Sequence record: OZ346228.1
Direction: 5' to 3' (one strand)
From: a phage
Length of the DNA stretch: 64,000 nt
In this document: piece after piece, positions 19,150 to 29,021 of the stretch
Layout: every line of letters begins with the position of its first letter
Numbering within the stretch: the stretch's first letter is position 1
Translations under genes and position numbers: made by a program
Notes under the pieces: generated by a model
What the model saw: the letters and a program-made list of their open reading frames with translations, nothing else
The model's database searches: none
What the model was told of the DNA's origin: nothing

Positions 19150-19196
19150 TTTATTTTTAGATGGCCTTGACTCTAGGGCCATCAATAAAGTAAATT
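19150..19196 (+). repeat. Conserved post-stop intergenic element, copy 3
   Basis: TTATTTTTAGATGGCCTTGACTCTAGGGCCATCAATAAAGTAAAT. Confidence 0.6.
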
Positions 19197-19240
19197 TAAA
19201 CCCTGTTAAAATACCACGCAGTTAACAAGGAGTAATGATC

Positions 19241-19540
19241 ATGTTTATCCAGGCTAATAATCTTTATTTCTTTGATGGTCAGATCGTAGATGGTGTGGAA
19301 GTGGAGATCACTGGGTGCCCTGGTGGTCAGGCTATGACTTTTCGGAATAATGCCTTTGATGATTCTCATATCGTTATGAGAATGGAAGTTACAAAGCTGG
19401 ACGACAAGAAAACGCTCATTGACTATTCCGTGAAAGATCATCCAGACTACCACATGATCTATGGTGATTTGTGCATTGTTGACCGTGACAAGGTGGGCGG
19501 CATTGTGATCGCTATTGTGAACGATGTTTTCTCTGTATAG
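19241..19540 (+). CDS. hypothetical protein
   Basis: RBS AAGGAG. Confidence 0.55.
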   Translation: MFIQANNLYFFDGQIVDGVEVEITGCPGGQAMTFRNNAFDDSHIVMRMEVTKLDDKKTLIDYSVKDHPDYHMIYGDLCIVDRDKVGGIVIAIVNDVFSV

Positions 19541-19598
19541 TTCCGCAAATGATGCAAAAGAAGGCCCCTAGCAGGGCCTACAGCGATATAATCACATA

Positions 19599-19630
19599 AA
19601 GGCCATGCAACCGCATGGCCTTTATTATTT
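19599..19630 (+). terminator. rho-independent terminator
   Basis: GGCCATGC-AACC-GCATGGCC then TTTATTATTTT. Confidence 0.55.
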
Positions 19631-19763
19631 TGGCGTTACAGCGGCCCCAAGGCGCTTAAAAATTTTTTAAAGAAGTACTTGCATCAAGCCCTACAATATG
19701 GATAATAGGACGTGTCAGGGGGGGAGGCCCCAATCATTAACCGGATAGATAGGAGTTAAAACC

Positions 19764-20048
19764 ATGGCTATTGTTACCGCTGGCGATGTAGTAGAAATGG
19801 AAGCAAAATACTTAAAAGCGGGTATGCATATCCTACGCAACGATCTTGAACTGGTCCTGACAATGGTTGACTATAACCCAGGGCAAGATTATCCAAGTGT
19901 TGACTACTTTTTTGAGTATGTTGATGAAGAGTTGAAAGAGGATGAGGCCTATTGCGGTGAGTTCTGCAACTTCTTTTGTCCTGATGAGGTTGTAAAGGTT
20001 ATCTATCAACCTGGCGTAGCTTTCCCGCTGCACGCTATCAATAAATAA
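19764..20048 (+). CDS. hypothetical protein
   Basis: RBS TAGGAG; followed by AACCTGGCGGGGCC hairpin. Confidence 0.55.
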   Translation: MAIVTAGDVVEMEAKYLKAGMHILRNDLELVLTMVDYNPGQDYPSVDYFFEYVDEELKEDEAYCGEFCNFFCPDEVVKVIYQPGVAFPLHAINK

Positions 20049-20110
20049 ACCTGGCGGGGCCGAAAAGGCCCCCGCCTGAAATTATGAAAAATAAAAAGAG
20101 GCAAACTATC

Positions 20111-20344
20111 ATGATGGAACAAATTAAACGCGCTGAGGCTATTAATGGCAATGTAATCTATTTTGTCAGCAAAAACGAAAAAGGCGTACCCTATGCGGCG
20201 GTAATAGTACAGCCTGACGGCGATTATTGGTGCACTGTGTACGGCGCTTATTCTTTTGGGCGTCCAGTGCATGATAAAATTTTGAAAGTAGCGAACCCTA
20301 CCGGGAAAAATATTACAGCAGAAAAATTTTTTGAAAAAAGTTGA
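20111..20344 (+). CDS. hypothetical protein
   Basis: RBS AAGAGG before ATG at 20111. Confidence 0.5.
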   Translation: MMEQIKRAEAINGNVIYFVSKNEKGVPYAAVIVQPDGDYWCTVYGAYSFGRPVHDKILKVANPTGKNITAEKFFEKS

Positions 20345-20368
20345 CATGACCATATAAAACTGTAGTAT
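20341..20368 (+). promoter_or_regulatory. sigma70-like promoter
   Basis: TTGACA, 16-nt spacer, TAGTAT. Confidence 0.55.
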
Positions 20369-20421
20369 ATAAATCAAAAGGGGGCAACAAGCCCCACCAA
20401 CCACAAAGAGGATAAAAAATC

Positions 20422-20601
20422 ATGGCTATTATTGCAAAGACCGAGATCGTAGGCTTAGATTCTATTCTCCTCGCATATGAGGAAGCTATAGAAATGTATG
20501 TGGTTTCCTATGGTGAGTATATCCGTGAATATGAATCTATTGATCTAGCTTTTGAATGTTATATTCGCCAGGTTAATAAAGCGTACGATGATTATCGTTA
20601 A
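20422..20601 (+). CDS. hypothetical protein (59 aa)
   Basis: RBS AAGAGG; below the ORF-track cutoff. Confidence 0.45.
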   Translation: MAIIAKTEIVGLDSILLAYEEAIEMYVVSYGEYIREYESIDLAFECYIRQVNKAYDDYR

Positions 20602-20692
20602 AATAGTTTGACAACAAACAACCATCTAACAAAGCATAATACATAAGGTGGTAGAATGATCCGCCACCCGGAACAAAGAAGAGGTAAACACC

Positions 20693-20938
20693 ATGAAAAG
20701 CAATAAAGGTTATAACGGTTACAAAAACAAAACTCATTGGAATGTAAGCCTTTGGATTAATAACGATGAGTCATTGTACCGGTTGGCCCAAGGATTTATT
20801 AACGCTAATGCTAATCGTAATGATGCGGCGCGGGATATGATGCTTTTTCTGGAGCTAACCGGACAAGATAAGACCCCGGACGGCTTCAAGTACAGCACTA
20901 CGGCGATCCGTGCCGCGATGGTTGGAATGAAACACTAA
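20693..20938 (+). CDS. hypothetical protein
   Basis: RBS AAGAGG; last gene of rightward block. Confidence 0.55.
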   Translation: MKSNKGYNGYKNKTHWNVSLWINNDESLYRLAQGFINANANRNDAARDMMLFLELTGQDKTPDGFKYSTTAIRAAMVGMKH

Positions 20939-21984
20939 AAGCACATAGCCGCCAGATCTCAGAATTTACGTACGCTCACCAGTCTATAGCCTGCTAAGTA
21001 TTTATTCCAACCATAGAATAACGGAATAGTCAATACCTGCATAAAATAATTATTCGTGTAAACTGCATAACATAAATCGGCTAGGATGTCAACATTTTTC
21101 GTAAACAGCTCGAAATTATAACGGTGAGTTATAATAAACAGAGAAATCTTTAGTCGTCTAATGTTTACTGTACATTACTATACTGACTGGAATCATTAGA
21201 TGACTAAGAGAAAGATAAGAAATCATTAACAATGCAATTGTTTTATTCGTAACAATAAGGCAACTATGCAAACGGATGGCATGGCGCGACGGAGTCGCGA
21301 CATAATATAAAAGCAGTAACCATCACCCCCGTGATAGTTTGTCTGCAAACTATTAATCAGATCATAGTTGCCTTGTATTTAGTTAATCATGACATAACAA
21401 GCAAGGCAACTATAGATCTGCTAATAGTTGCCCTGCTTTTATATTATGTCATAGATTATTAGCCTGTTAATTGTTAGTCAGTCAAATCAACAACGTTATC
21501 ATTTCAGTCTTTATTGTTGTTGATCGTTATTGTTATCATGCAAACGAATGGCATGGCTTATCATTTTTGAGTAAACAATCTATACGTGAACAGTGAGGCA
21601 TGCAATAGTAAGGGCGGGAATAATGAGAGTGTAAACTGTCAGGCATGTCAATTATATCAATCGTGTCAGTTATGTCACCATTATGTCAGACAAGTTTTTC
21701 TCCTCTTTGTCAAGTGCTGCATGAAAAATTTACAATCTTGTATGGTAGCATTTTTGCGGCCCTGTTTACATTCAGTATTGTATGTATAATCCTTGTTGTG
21801 TGGGCGTTTAGACGTCTAGACGGTCAGAAGTCTGCAGGTTAATATCTAATCTATCGGCTGCTAACTATATCCCACACAAATAGTAAGAAATATAATTGTT
21901 ATGTGCGTAAACAGTAACTCATGTTATCAATCCCTGTATGTATCGCCAGTGGTGCGCATAATGGGTATTATGTTAAATTGCCCG

Positions 21985-22128
21985 TAATGATAATGGTTCT
22001 CACAATGATAGGTATTCTCATTCCCCCACACAAAATAGATTGCAAATGTTGTGCCACTATGTGAACGGCCTCACCTATTAATTTGCCTCACTGCCTCGAT
22101 ATTTGAGAATTATCATAAGAATGAGAAG
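21985..22128. promoter_or_regulatory. Further copies of the Fur-box-like motif inside the 2.2-kb non-coding region
   Basis: AATGATAATGGTTCTCACAATGATAGGTATTCTCATT and inverted GAGAATTATCATAAGAATGAGAAG. Confidence 0.3.
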
Positions 22129-23125
22129 TATTCCCATTTCGTCCGCCTGGCAGCACTCCAGTCGCTACGGCTCAGAACAGGGCAGAATTGTGTCCATTCA
22201 GATATTTCTGTCTGGCTCTTCAGGTCTGTGTGGGAAAAGTCCACCTCTCTGGCGGGGCATGGGGTCATGACGGGAAAATTGCAGGTCAATTAAAAAATTT
22301 ACGTGGTGTATGAAGCGCTCTTCAGGTAAGGCATGTATTATGGGATGAAACCCTCTTCAGGCAATGATATTTGTGGGTGTGATATTTGCTGGAAAGCCAG
22401 ATATGACGGGACTCCCGGCGGGGCAGGGGTAGTACAGACAGGGGAAATATGGAGGATGTGGTTAGGTGAATTGATCAGACAGGTAGAGTATGGAATATGT
22501 TACAGGTATGTTAAATAGGGCGGCTGAATATCTGTAGGATTTGTGTGTAAAATCAAAGACTTAAGTGGTGTTGTGGTATTTTCTATAAATAATTCAAGTT
22601 TAATAGGTAATATTTGTCTCTATTCGCTTTGTGTGGTAAACAGATTCAGATGAGATTGGTTTACAAGCGTATACATAATATACAAATTAAAGATACAAGA
22701 AACCCCCCTCCCCCTTCGGCTACCATTCACCTTTTCCTCTGACTGGTACTTAAACACTTATTCAGACTCTTCAGGTTATCACCCATATATCATATGGCAG
22801 TGACTGGTGTCCTCCGGCCCCTCTTTCGTCACCCGTCCGCTTCGCCATGCTAATGCCATAGCCAATGGTTCGGTTGTTCACCCTGTTCACTCAGGTGTAT
22901 CTCCATACCCCTTCAAAACGAAGAGAACAGAAAACCCGAATTACTCGGTAAAAGAAAAGAGAAGAACTTAATTTTATCAGGATAGGCAAGAATGTCAAGG
23001 CATGACTGCTCACTAAACAAGCAAACAGTCATGTGTGGGAGGTAAGTGATTGTGGTGGTAGGAAATTTAGTTGAAAGATGTGTTATAGGTGCTTCCAGCA
23101 CTTTAGCCGGGCAGCTAATTGTGTG

Positions 23126-23341
23126 TCAGTCCAGCGGTTCATCCTCTACTTCACTGAAATCAATGTTCATGGTCTCTTCCCAACCATCGATCTCAGCACA
23201 AGAGTGGAGTTCTTTAGGGTTTACTCCTAAAGCCTCAGCAACAGAGTCTATATTTAACACCTCTGGCAGGTATGATTCATCAAATTCAAGGTAAATCAGG
23301 CCACGAGTGTTGTCAGCTCCACCAAATATTTCTATCTTCAT
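23126..23341 (-). CDS. hypothetical acidic protein
   Basis: RBS GAGGAG; last gene of leftward array. Confidence 0.5.
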   Translation of the reverse strand: MKIEIFGGADNTRGLIYLEFDESYLPEVLNIDSVAEALGVNPKELHSCAEIDGWEETMNIDFSEVEDEPLD

Positions 23342-23462
23342 AAAATCTCCTCTGGAAATGAGAGTGTGAACAGGGTTTTATACGTCCCAATGCACAGGAA
23401 TTATGCACGTTTTCCTCTTCAGGCCATGCTTTAGCATGAGGAACCTGTGTGGGCTCGGTGCT

Positions 23463-23675
23463 TCATAGTCTACCACCTCTGAACTCTTCGTGCTCAGGCA
23501 TAATAGAGAACCAGATATCTACGATGTCCTCCCACGTCAGGTCATCAGCCTCAGGATCTGTCTGGGACGAAGATGAAGAGTCCTCAGAATCTAAGTTTTC
23601 CTCTTTAACTGGCTCATCCAAGGGACATATGGTCACTCCTTCGGATGTCTCTTCAGATGCATGTGTGTTGATCAT
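23463..23675 (-). CDS. hypothetical acidic protein
   Basis: D/E/S-rich ORF. Confidence 0.5.
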   Translation of the reverse strand: MINTHASEETSEGVTICPLDEPVKEENLDSEDSSSSSQTDPEADDLTWEDIVDIWFSIMPEHEEFRGGRL

Positions 23676-24035
23676 GTTCCACCCGTGAGTATTCCGGCAA
23701 CAGCTGCTATGGACGTAATGATCATCAGGATCACCACTAAAACTTCGGACAATGTTCTCATTGTGTACTCCATATTCTACAAACTATGTGTGGATACTAT
23801 CACTGGATCGGTAATGTGTCAACAGAAACGCCGCGAGGGTTTGGTTAAAATCCGAGCGTATGGTGATTTGGGTCAAAACGGACGTGCGTTCTCGCTACGC
23901 TCGAAAGAGAGATTTGTTTGTAGGAAGCTCTTAAACGCTCTGTAATGAGATTATCTGTCCAAGGTATGCAATCGTGCACCAGATAAAGAAAAGGACGCCA
24001 CAGAGCGTCCTAGGTGTCTTAAATTTGATATTTTG

Positions 24036-24347
24036 CTATACCCATGAGGGCTTATCAAGGTTGGAGTAGCTGAAAGGTGTCAAAAGGTGACTGTCAAAAT
24101 CTCTCAAACTATCTAAATCTTTTTCCTCGTCCTGACACCATCTGTGCCTACATTTATTGTTGTAGTGCATAGAATGCATAGCGTTCTGCAACTTAACAGG
24201 TACAAGTGATTCAGGAGTAGATAGTATTGTTGGGTATGCCAGAATCACCTCAAACAGTGGAAACACATCGAAACTAAAGTCTACCTCTGCAGAGGTTGAT
24301 GGCATATAGGAGTATTTAGCCGCCTTTGTAGACATAATCCACCTCAC
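24036..24347 (-). CDS. hypothetical protein
   Basis: Co-oriented ORF; 4-nt overlap with upstream gene. Confidence 0.45.
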   Translation of the reverse strand: MRWIMSTKAAKYSYMPSTSAEVDFSFDVFPLFEVILAYPTILSTPESLVPVKLQNAMHSMHYNNKCRHRWCQDEEKDLDSLRDFDSHLLTPFSYSNLDKPSWV

Positions 24348-24670
24348 ACAGGTTTGATAATACCTTTACCGAATAATTCTTCGTATCTAATCTTATCCGG
24401 ATCCCACTCTTGGATAATTTCGAAGACAATATCCAACCCAGGGATAATCACTTCTCCAGTGTCAAGTTTGGCAAGAACAAAACCAGAAGGCTGAATGGTT
24501 TCCCAGTTGCGCCGATTGGAATAGAAGACCTCGAAAATATCGCCGACCTTTATCTGTTGATCAAGATGTTCAAGATTCTCTTTCATATAGACGCAGCGGA
24601 TTTTTCGTGCAGGCCATAGACCACCTGCATCACGTTCATTTAGCTCTTTTACAGTAATCGGTATACCCAT
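24344..24670 (-). CDS. hypothetical protein
   Basis: RBS GAAGGAG; follows terminator hairpin. Confidence 0.5.
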   Translation of the reverse strand: MGIPITVKELNERDAGGLWPARKIRCVYMKENLEHLDQQIKVGDIFEVFYSNRRNWETIQPSGFVLAKLDTGEVIIPGLDIVFEIIQEWDPDKIRYEELFGKGIIKPV

Positions 24671-24691
24671 CTCAAATCTCCTTCATAGATA

Positions 24692-24720
24692 GTAAAAAGA
24701 GGGGCCCAAGCCCCCTCTTT
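24692..24720 (-). terminator. rho-independent terminator (- strand)
   Basis: On - strand AAGAGGGGGC-TTGG-GCCCCCTCTT then TTTTTAC. Confidence 0.5.
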
Positions 24721-24724
24721 GTCA

Positions 24725-25030
24725 TCATTCTACAGAGCGTTTGAACAGAATGTCTGCCTCAGACATGTGCTCAACCTCTTCTTCGATTTTAGCGCGACGT
24801 TTTTCAGCCTCATAGCGAATATCGAACTCGGTAGCCACCAGAGATTTGATGAATTTAGGAGAATACAGGTGATCCTGCTTCTCAACGAGAATGATATCCT
24901 TAATGGCATCTTTCAGATCTTTAATCTGAAGTTGGAGTTCTACCAGTTCTTCGATTGTTTTGCGAAGGCGATCACGCTCTGCAGTGTCAGAAGGAAGAGA
25001 GGTGAACAGTTCAACTTTAGATTTAGCCAT
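24725..25030 (-). CDS. hypothetical protein (coiled-coil-like)
   Basis: Charged, heptad-like sequence. Confidence 0.5.
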   Translation of the reverse strand: MAKSKVELFTSLPSDTAERDRLRKTIEELVELQLQIKDLKDAIKDIILVEKQDHLYSPKFIKSLVATEFDIRYEAEKRRAKIEEEVEHMSEADILFKRSVE

Positions 25031-25058
25031 AGTAAGAGTCTCCTTATGTTGTTTTAAA

Positions 25059-25310
25059 TTAACGTTCTACAAAAATACCGTTCAGTTCAATAACCAGGAA
25101 TTTCTGGTCTTCACTATCGTCTCGTGCCAGCACCTCACAGACGTATCGGTCATCCCCATCATCATCGCAGTCAAATACAAGACTGAGGACTTTATCATGG
25201 TAAACCTTCGCCACTACCGCCTCGTAAGTATTGCCGATTGTGAATCCAAGATAATCTCCGATGCATTTGACAACAACATGGTCTCCAGCATTTAAGTCAA
25301 TCTTCGTCAT
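25059..25310 (-). CDS. hypothetical protein
   Basis: RBS AAGGAG before internal ATG of track ORF. Confidence 0.5.
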   Translation of the reverse strand: MTKIDLNAGDHVVVKCIGDYLGFTIGNTYEAVVAKVYHDKVLSLVFDCDDDGDDRYVCEVLARDDSEDQKFLVIELNGIFVER

Positions 25311-25465
25311 TACTGCGCTCCTTGGGTAATAATACTGTATGTAAAACTTTAACCAGAGATGTGAATAACGCCCCAAAACACACCGATAGCGCTAAAACAG
25401 ACAAGGCCATCATTAAAGCTTCAGTAAAATCAGTCATTCCTCACCTCTTGTTAGCCACTATACTA

Positions 25466-25729
25466 TCATTTATCCTTTTCGTCAAGAACTTTTTTAAATC
25501 TTTCAGGGATATCTCCCGTTCTTAGATAGTTCATGACCTCGCAAGGTTCCCACTTGAATTTCTTACAGAGCAGGGCGGCTGAGATTGTTTCATTGCGAAA
25601 AGAAAGGATATTAATATCCCACTCTGAGAACCCCAACTTCCGAAGGGTAGCTACAGAAATCCTCACCGCAACCCAGCAGCAAAAACATGCAACAAACGCC
25701 ACTGCTACAACCCACATCAGGATGTTCAT
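25466..25729 (-). CDS. hypothetical membrane protein
   Basis: N-terminal TM helix WVVAVAFVACFCCWVAV. Confidence 0.5.
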   Translation of the reverse strand: MNILMWVVAVAFVACFCCWVAVRISVATLRKLGFSEWDINILSFRNETISAALLCKKFKWEPCEVMNYLRTGDIPERFKKVLDEKDK

Positions 25730-25818
25730 ATAAGCACCTTACTGAAATACAAGACACAGTGTTAAGGTTACTGACCAGCAAATAATTAGCAGGACCATTG
25801 CAACCTTGGCAAGATTTA

Positions 25819-26106
25819 TCATAGTGCCTCTAAGATTTCATATCCTTCAGGTCGAAATACAAGCCACTCCGTGGCTCCGTTTGGTCGATACGCTTTATAC
25901 AGAACAACCTGATCTCGGCACATGCACATGGCTACATAGTTTTCATCCACACCTGCAGCCTGCATTGCATCTTCTTCTCCGGCAACTGCTTTGCTTACAA
26001 CTTCCTTGGTAGGTAGGTGTGCGATCAGCTCGTCACCATCATTAATTCCAAAATGACTGAGTTCTCCATTGGTATCTTTAATCTTAATCTTAACCAGATC
26101 TTTCAT
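25819..26106 (-). CDS. hypothetical protein
   Basis: 1-nt start/stop overlap with upstream gene. Confidence 0.5.
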   Translation of the reverse strand: MKDLVKIKIKDTNGELSHFGINDGDELIAHLPTKEVVSKAVAGEEDAMQAAGVDENYVAMCMCRDQVVLYKAYRPNGATEWLVFRPEGYEILEAL

Positions 26107-26435
26107 TAGTCTTTCTCCAGGTTCAAAGGTCCTAAGATTTCATATGCCAGATTAGAAGTTACCAGAGGGTCTTCTGCATCTTTAGTATTGTACCACCCGT
26201 GAATAACCAGAGTCCCACTTTGTTTCATATCCAACTGGAACTGTTCTGCAGTTTCCTCATCCAGCTCCAAGATTTCCATAAGGTATTTGATGTTAGGAAG
26301 GTATGCAGCTGTTACAGTTCCCTCCACCAAACCTTCGGGCCAACCTACATCCGGATGACAAGTAGGAACCAGGTTGGTCAACTTAATGGTGTACGCTTTT
26401 TCTGCACGAGCCTTCAGTAACGGGTCAATCTTCAT
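26106..26435 (-). CDS. hypothetical protein
   Basis: Translationally coupled array. Confidence 0.5.
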   Translation of the reverse strand: MKIDPLLKARAEKAYTIKLTNLVPTCHPDVGWPEGLVEGTVTAAYLPNIKYLMEILELDEETAEQFQLDMKQSGTLVIHGWYNTKDAEDPLVTSNLAYEILGPLNLEKD

Positions 26436-26785
26436 TATTCGTCCTCCTCTTCGGTGCCTGCTTCCAGTAATAAGTTAAGAATATCTTCTGCACAAGGCTC
26501 ATAGAACTCTTGGCCTTCATTATCGATGATTTTGTAGTCATCTCCACGAATAATCAGGGGATCACTCTCAAAATTATCGAGACCTTTAACAACGACAACA
26601 CGATCGATTGCCATCATTGTAAGAACTTTATCGACATCTTCCTCTGCTACACCATACTGCAGCAGAATGTCTTTGGTAGGAGGAACAGCATCCACCACAA
26701 CGCCGTTACCAAAACCTTCTGGAAGTTTAGCTAAAATATCTTCCGGAACCACATTCACATCAAAACCGGTAATTTCTACTTTCAT
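26435..26785 (-). CDS. hypothetical acidic protein
   Basis: Translationally coupled array. Confidence 0.5.
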   Translation of the reverse strand: MKVEITGFDVNVVPEDILAKLPEGFGNGVVVDAVPPTKDILLQYGVAEEDVDKVLTMMAIDRVVVVKGLDNFESDPLIIRGDDYKIIDNEGQEFYEPCAEDILNLLLEAGTEEEDE

Positions 26786-27046
26786 TTACAGCACCTCTTC
26801 GTCAACTACTTCATAAAAATGGCCTGGGATTGCAATAGCGTTCTCACCTTCACCTGCAAACACAGTTCCGTCAAGAATCAACATCATAAGAATTTCTGTA
26901 ATATCCTCTTCCGGAACGTTGCCAAAACCTTTAATCAGCTCGTAGGTTGGAATATTTACATCTAAGATGTCACCATCTTTAGAACGGAAATCAACACCGT
27001 CCTGAATCTCTGCCGTTTCAAGGTTTTTCAATTTAATCTTCATCAA
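26786..27046 (-). CDS. hypothetical protein
   Basis: Co-oriented ORF; C-terminus FYEVVDEEVL. Confidence 0.5.
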   Translation of the reverse strand: MMKIKLKNLETAEIQDGVDFRSKDGDILDVNIPTYELIKGFGNVPEEDITEILMMLILDGTVFAGEGENAIAIPGHFYEVVDEEVL

Positions 27047-27122
27047 TCGGTCTCCTGTCTTGTTAAGATGAAGGTATTATTTCACACAGGGTTGGCGTTG
27101 TCAACACCTGTGTGCAAGAAAA

Positions 27123-27518
27123 TTACTGAAACAGTGCGGATAAATTACCTTCTGGTGGGAACTTATCTGCCAAAAACGGTGTTAGCACAGTAGCCTTCTG
27201 AAGATCTGGGGTCCACTCGTTGTTCAGAACATCCCAGTAGTACGCAATGTTGCTGTGTGGGTGCCGCATTACGAACTTTTTCCCTTCGTAGTCGTCTGAA
27301 ACCTCTACAGAAGAAATAACAACAGAATCTTCAAGGGTTTCTTCATAGAAAGATCCCCCTTCAAATTTCCAACGAGATGCAAGAGCCCCTGCCTTGAACG
27401 CTGCAGATAACGGACTGTCGGCAAGAACATACATTTCTTGCACTCTGTCGCTGCGATCTTTGCTTCTTACGTTGTATACAGTATCTGAGCTATACTCAAC
27501 ACGGTATAGGCTTACCAT
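27123..27518 (-). CDS. hypothetical protein, paralog of 29330-29728
   Basis: KFVMRHPHSNIAYYWDVLNNEWTP versus KVFVIVHPDSRVKHYWNSRTKTWTP. Confidence 0.55.
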   Translation of the reverse strand: MVSLYRVEYSSDTVYNVRSKDRSDRVQEMYVLADSPLSAAFKAGALASRWKFEGGSFYEETLEDSVVISSVEVSDDYEGKKFVMRHPHSNIAYYWDVLNNEWTPDLQKATVLTPFLADKFPPEGNLSALFQ

Positions 27519-27877
27519 TACCGCACCTCCTCAATAACTTCCACATCTGAACCTACCACAAATGCAAAAGGACAGGTTTCATGAAAGACATCTGGATCGC
27601 CGCCAAGCTTGCTAACAATCTCTCCACCACTAATAAACACAAGCTCACCGATATTCATCAGATTGCTGAAATAGTACCCATAATGATTAAAGAATGCAGC
27701 AGGGTCAGGTAGACTGGTAGCCTCAAGCACTACATCGGTTGAGGTTACTTTCTTATCATAACCTCTCGCCTTTTGAGATGCAAGATCTGCAGAATCCTCA
27801 GGAGACCGGAGATGCACAGGAATTGTTTCACCAATAAAGCGTACTTTCATATTATCACCCAACAACCATAGCTTCAA
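27518..27877 (-). CDS. hypothetical protein (start uncertain)
   Basis: C-terminus ..DVEVIEEVR; overlaps upstream ORF. Confidence 0.5.
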   Translation of the reverse strand: MKLWLLGDNMKVRFIGETIPVHLRSPEDSADLASQKARGYDKKVTSTDVVLEATSLPDPAAFFNHYGYYFSNLMNIGELVFISGGEIVSKLGGDPDVFHETCPFAFVVGSDVEVIEEVR

Positions 27878-28118
27878 AAGGAGTCATGAACGAATAAACG
27901 GCATCATCATCTGCTTCAGGGAATGCTCCCAAAGACTTCATATCTGAACCCTTGACAAATACAAGGTTTTGATCAAAGGCTTCTTGGGGGTCAATCCGAT
28001 ACATATTTCGTAGAATATCGCTTACCTCCTCATCAAGAGGTGAGTATGCTGTGCACGTTTTTCCGATCAAGCTTTGAGAATCAGGGTATCCACCTGAAGT
28101 TTTAAAATAAACAATCAT
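27855..28118 (-). CDS. hypothetical protein
   Basis: Co-oriented ORF. Confidence 0.45.
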   Translation of the reverse strand: MIVYFKTSGGYPDSQSLIGKTCTAYSPLDEEVSDILRNMYRIDPQEAFDQNLVFVKGSDMKSLGAFPEADDDAVYSFMTPFEAMVVG

Positions 28119-28209
28119 ATAGTATCACCTCTGGTAAGAGATTGGGATTCCTTTCCCACAAATAATTACAAATCTTCCTTATCGAGGAAGTATGCTAATC
28201 CAAGCAGGA

Positions 28210-28479
28210 TTATTCCTCTACAATCTCATACACATCAGGAGTTACAATCAACTCTTCTCCGTTACCCGGTGCAACAAACACCACCAAACCTTCAGGTGTG
28301 TGCTTTTTAGCCATCTCGATAACATCTTCTCGCAGAGCTGGCTCCATCAGATCAAAACCTTCACCCAGGGCATCACGAACCACCTTCATATAGTCAACTG
28401 GTTGTGCTTCAACAATCATGCCTTCAACCAGTCCACAGTTTTTGTCTGCCAGCTCAGTTTTGAATAATTTAATTTTCAT
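28210..28479 (-). CDS. hypothetical protein
   Basis: RBS GAGGAG; C-terminus ..VYEIVEE. Confidence 0.5.
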   Translation of the reverse strand: MKIKLFKTELADKNCGLVEGMIVEAQPVDYMKVVRDALGEGFDLMEPALREDVIEMAKKHTPEGLVVFVAPGNGEELIVTPDVYEIVEE

Positions 28480-28505
28480 TTAGAGGTCTCCTCAATTATT
28501 TGATA

Positions 28506-28607
28506 TTAATAGCCGTAACCTAACACATTAACTACAACTGCGATTGCAAACATAATTTCAAAGCATGCAATCTCTACATTTGGGACTAATTTCTTAATCA
28601 CACCCAT
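28506..28607 (-). CDS. small hydrophobic peptide (33 aa, tentative)
   Basis: RBS GAGGTG; MGVIKKLVPNVEIACFEIMFAIAVVVNVLGYGY. Confidence 0.3.
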   Translation of the reverse strand: MGVIKKLVPNVEIACFEIMFAIAVVVNVLGYGY

Positions 28608-28616
28608 TGTAGCACC

Positions 28617-28937
28617 TCATTCTCCAAAGTCAATCTTTACTTTGCCTTTCCCCTTACCTTTCTTTCCACCGCATTTAGCCAGCTGACGTGCTGCAACATC
28701 TACCATACGGTCAGTTGCCTCGTAAGCATCACTGCCTTTAGCCTTGGCAATAACTTCTTTTCCAGAATTGTCAAAAATGAACGCCATAACTTCCTGGTGA
28801 TCATTTTCAACTTTTACACTTACACGTGCATAGTTAACAGAGGGATGTAAACGCTCCAGCTTGGACATTTTGCGGGAAATAAAAGATACCATACCTTCTG
28901 TGATTTCTACATTGTTGCCAGTGATTTCAATTTGCAT
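28617..28937 (-). CDS. hpf: ribosome hibernation promoting factor (HPF/YfiA family)
   Basis: MQIEITGNNVEITEG..KLE..VSVKVE..ARQLAK tracks E. coli HPF MQLNITGNNVEITEA..KLE..VVLKVE..ARQLTK (from memory). Confidence 0.8.
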   Translation of the reverse strand: MQIEITGNNVEITEGMVSFISRKMSKLERLHPSVNYARVSVKVENDHQEVMAFIFDNSGKEVIAKAKGSDAYEATDRMVDVAARQLAKCGGKKGKGKGKVKIDFGE

Positions 28938-29021
28938 AACGTGTTCCTTTTAAGGAAGAGGGAATAACTATCTCTCTTTGAAAACAATGATACTAAATCT
29001 GAAGCGTTGTGTCAACAGTTT

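Noticed and set aside
21586-22518. Four + strand ORFs of 61-80 aa in the 2.2-kb non-coding region
   Set aside because: No RBS, Cys- and Trp-rich odd composition, overlap repeat elements
20940-23125. tRNA genes in the large intergenic regions
   Set aside because: No T-arm-like GTTCRANYC or D-arm signatures found by eye in this region, 13101-14280 or 62240-62895; a tRNA scan would be needed to be certain
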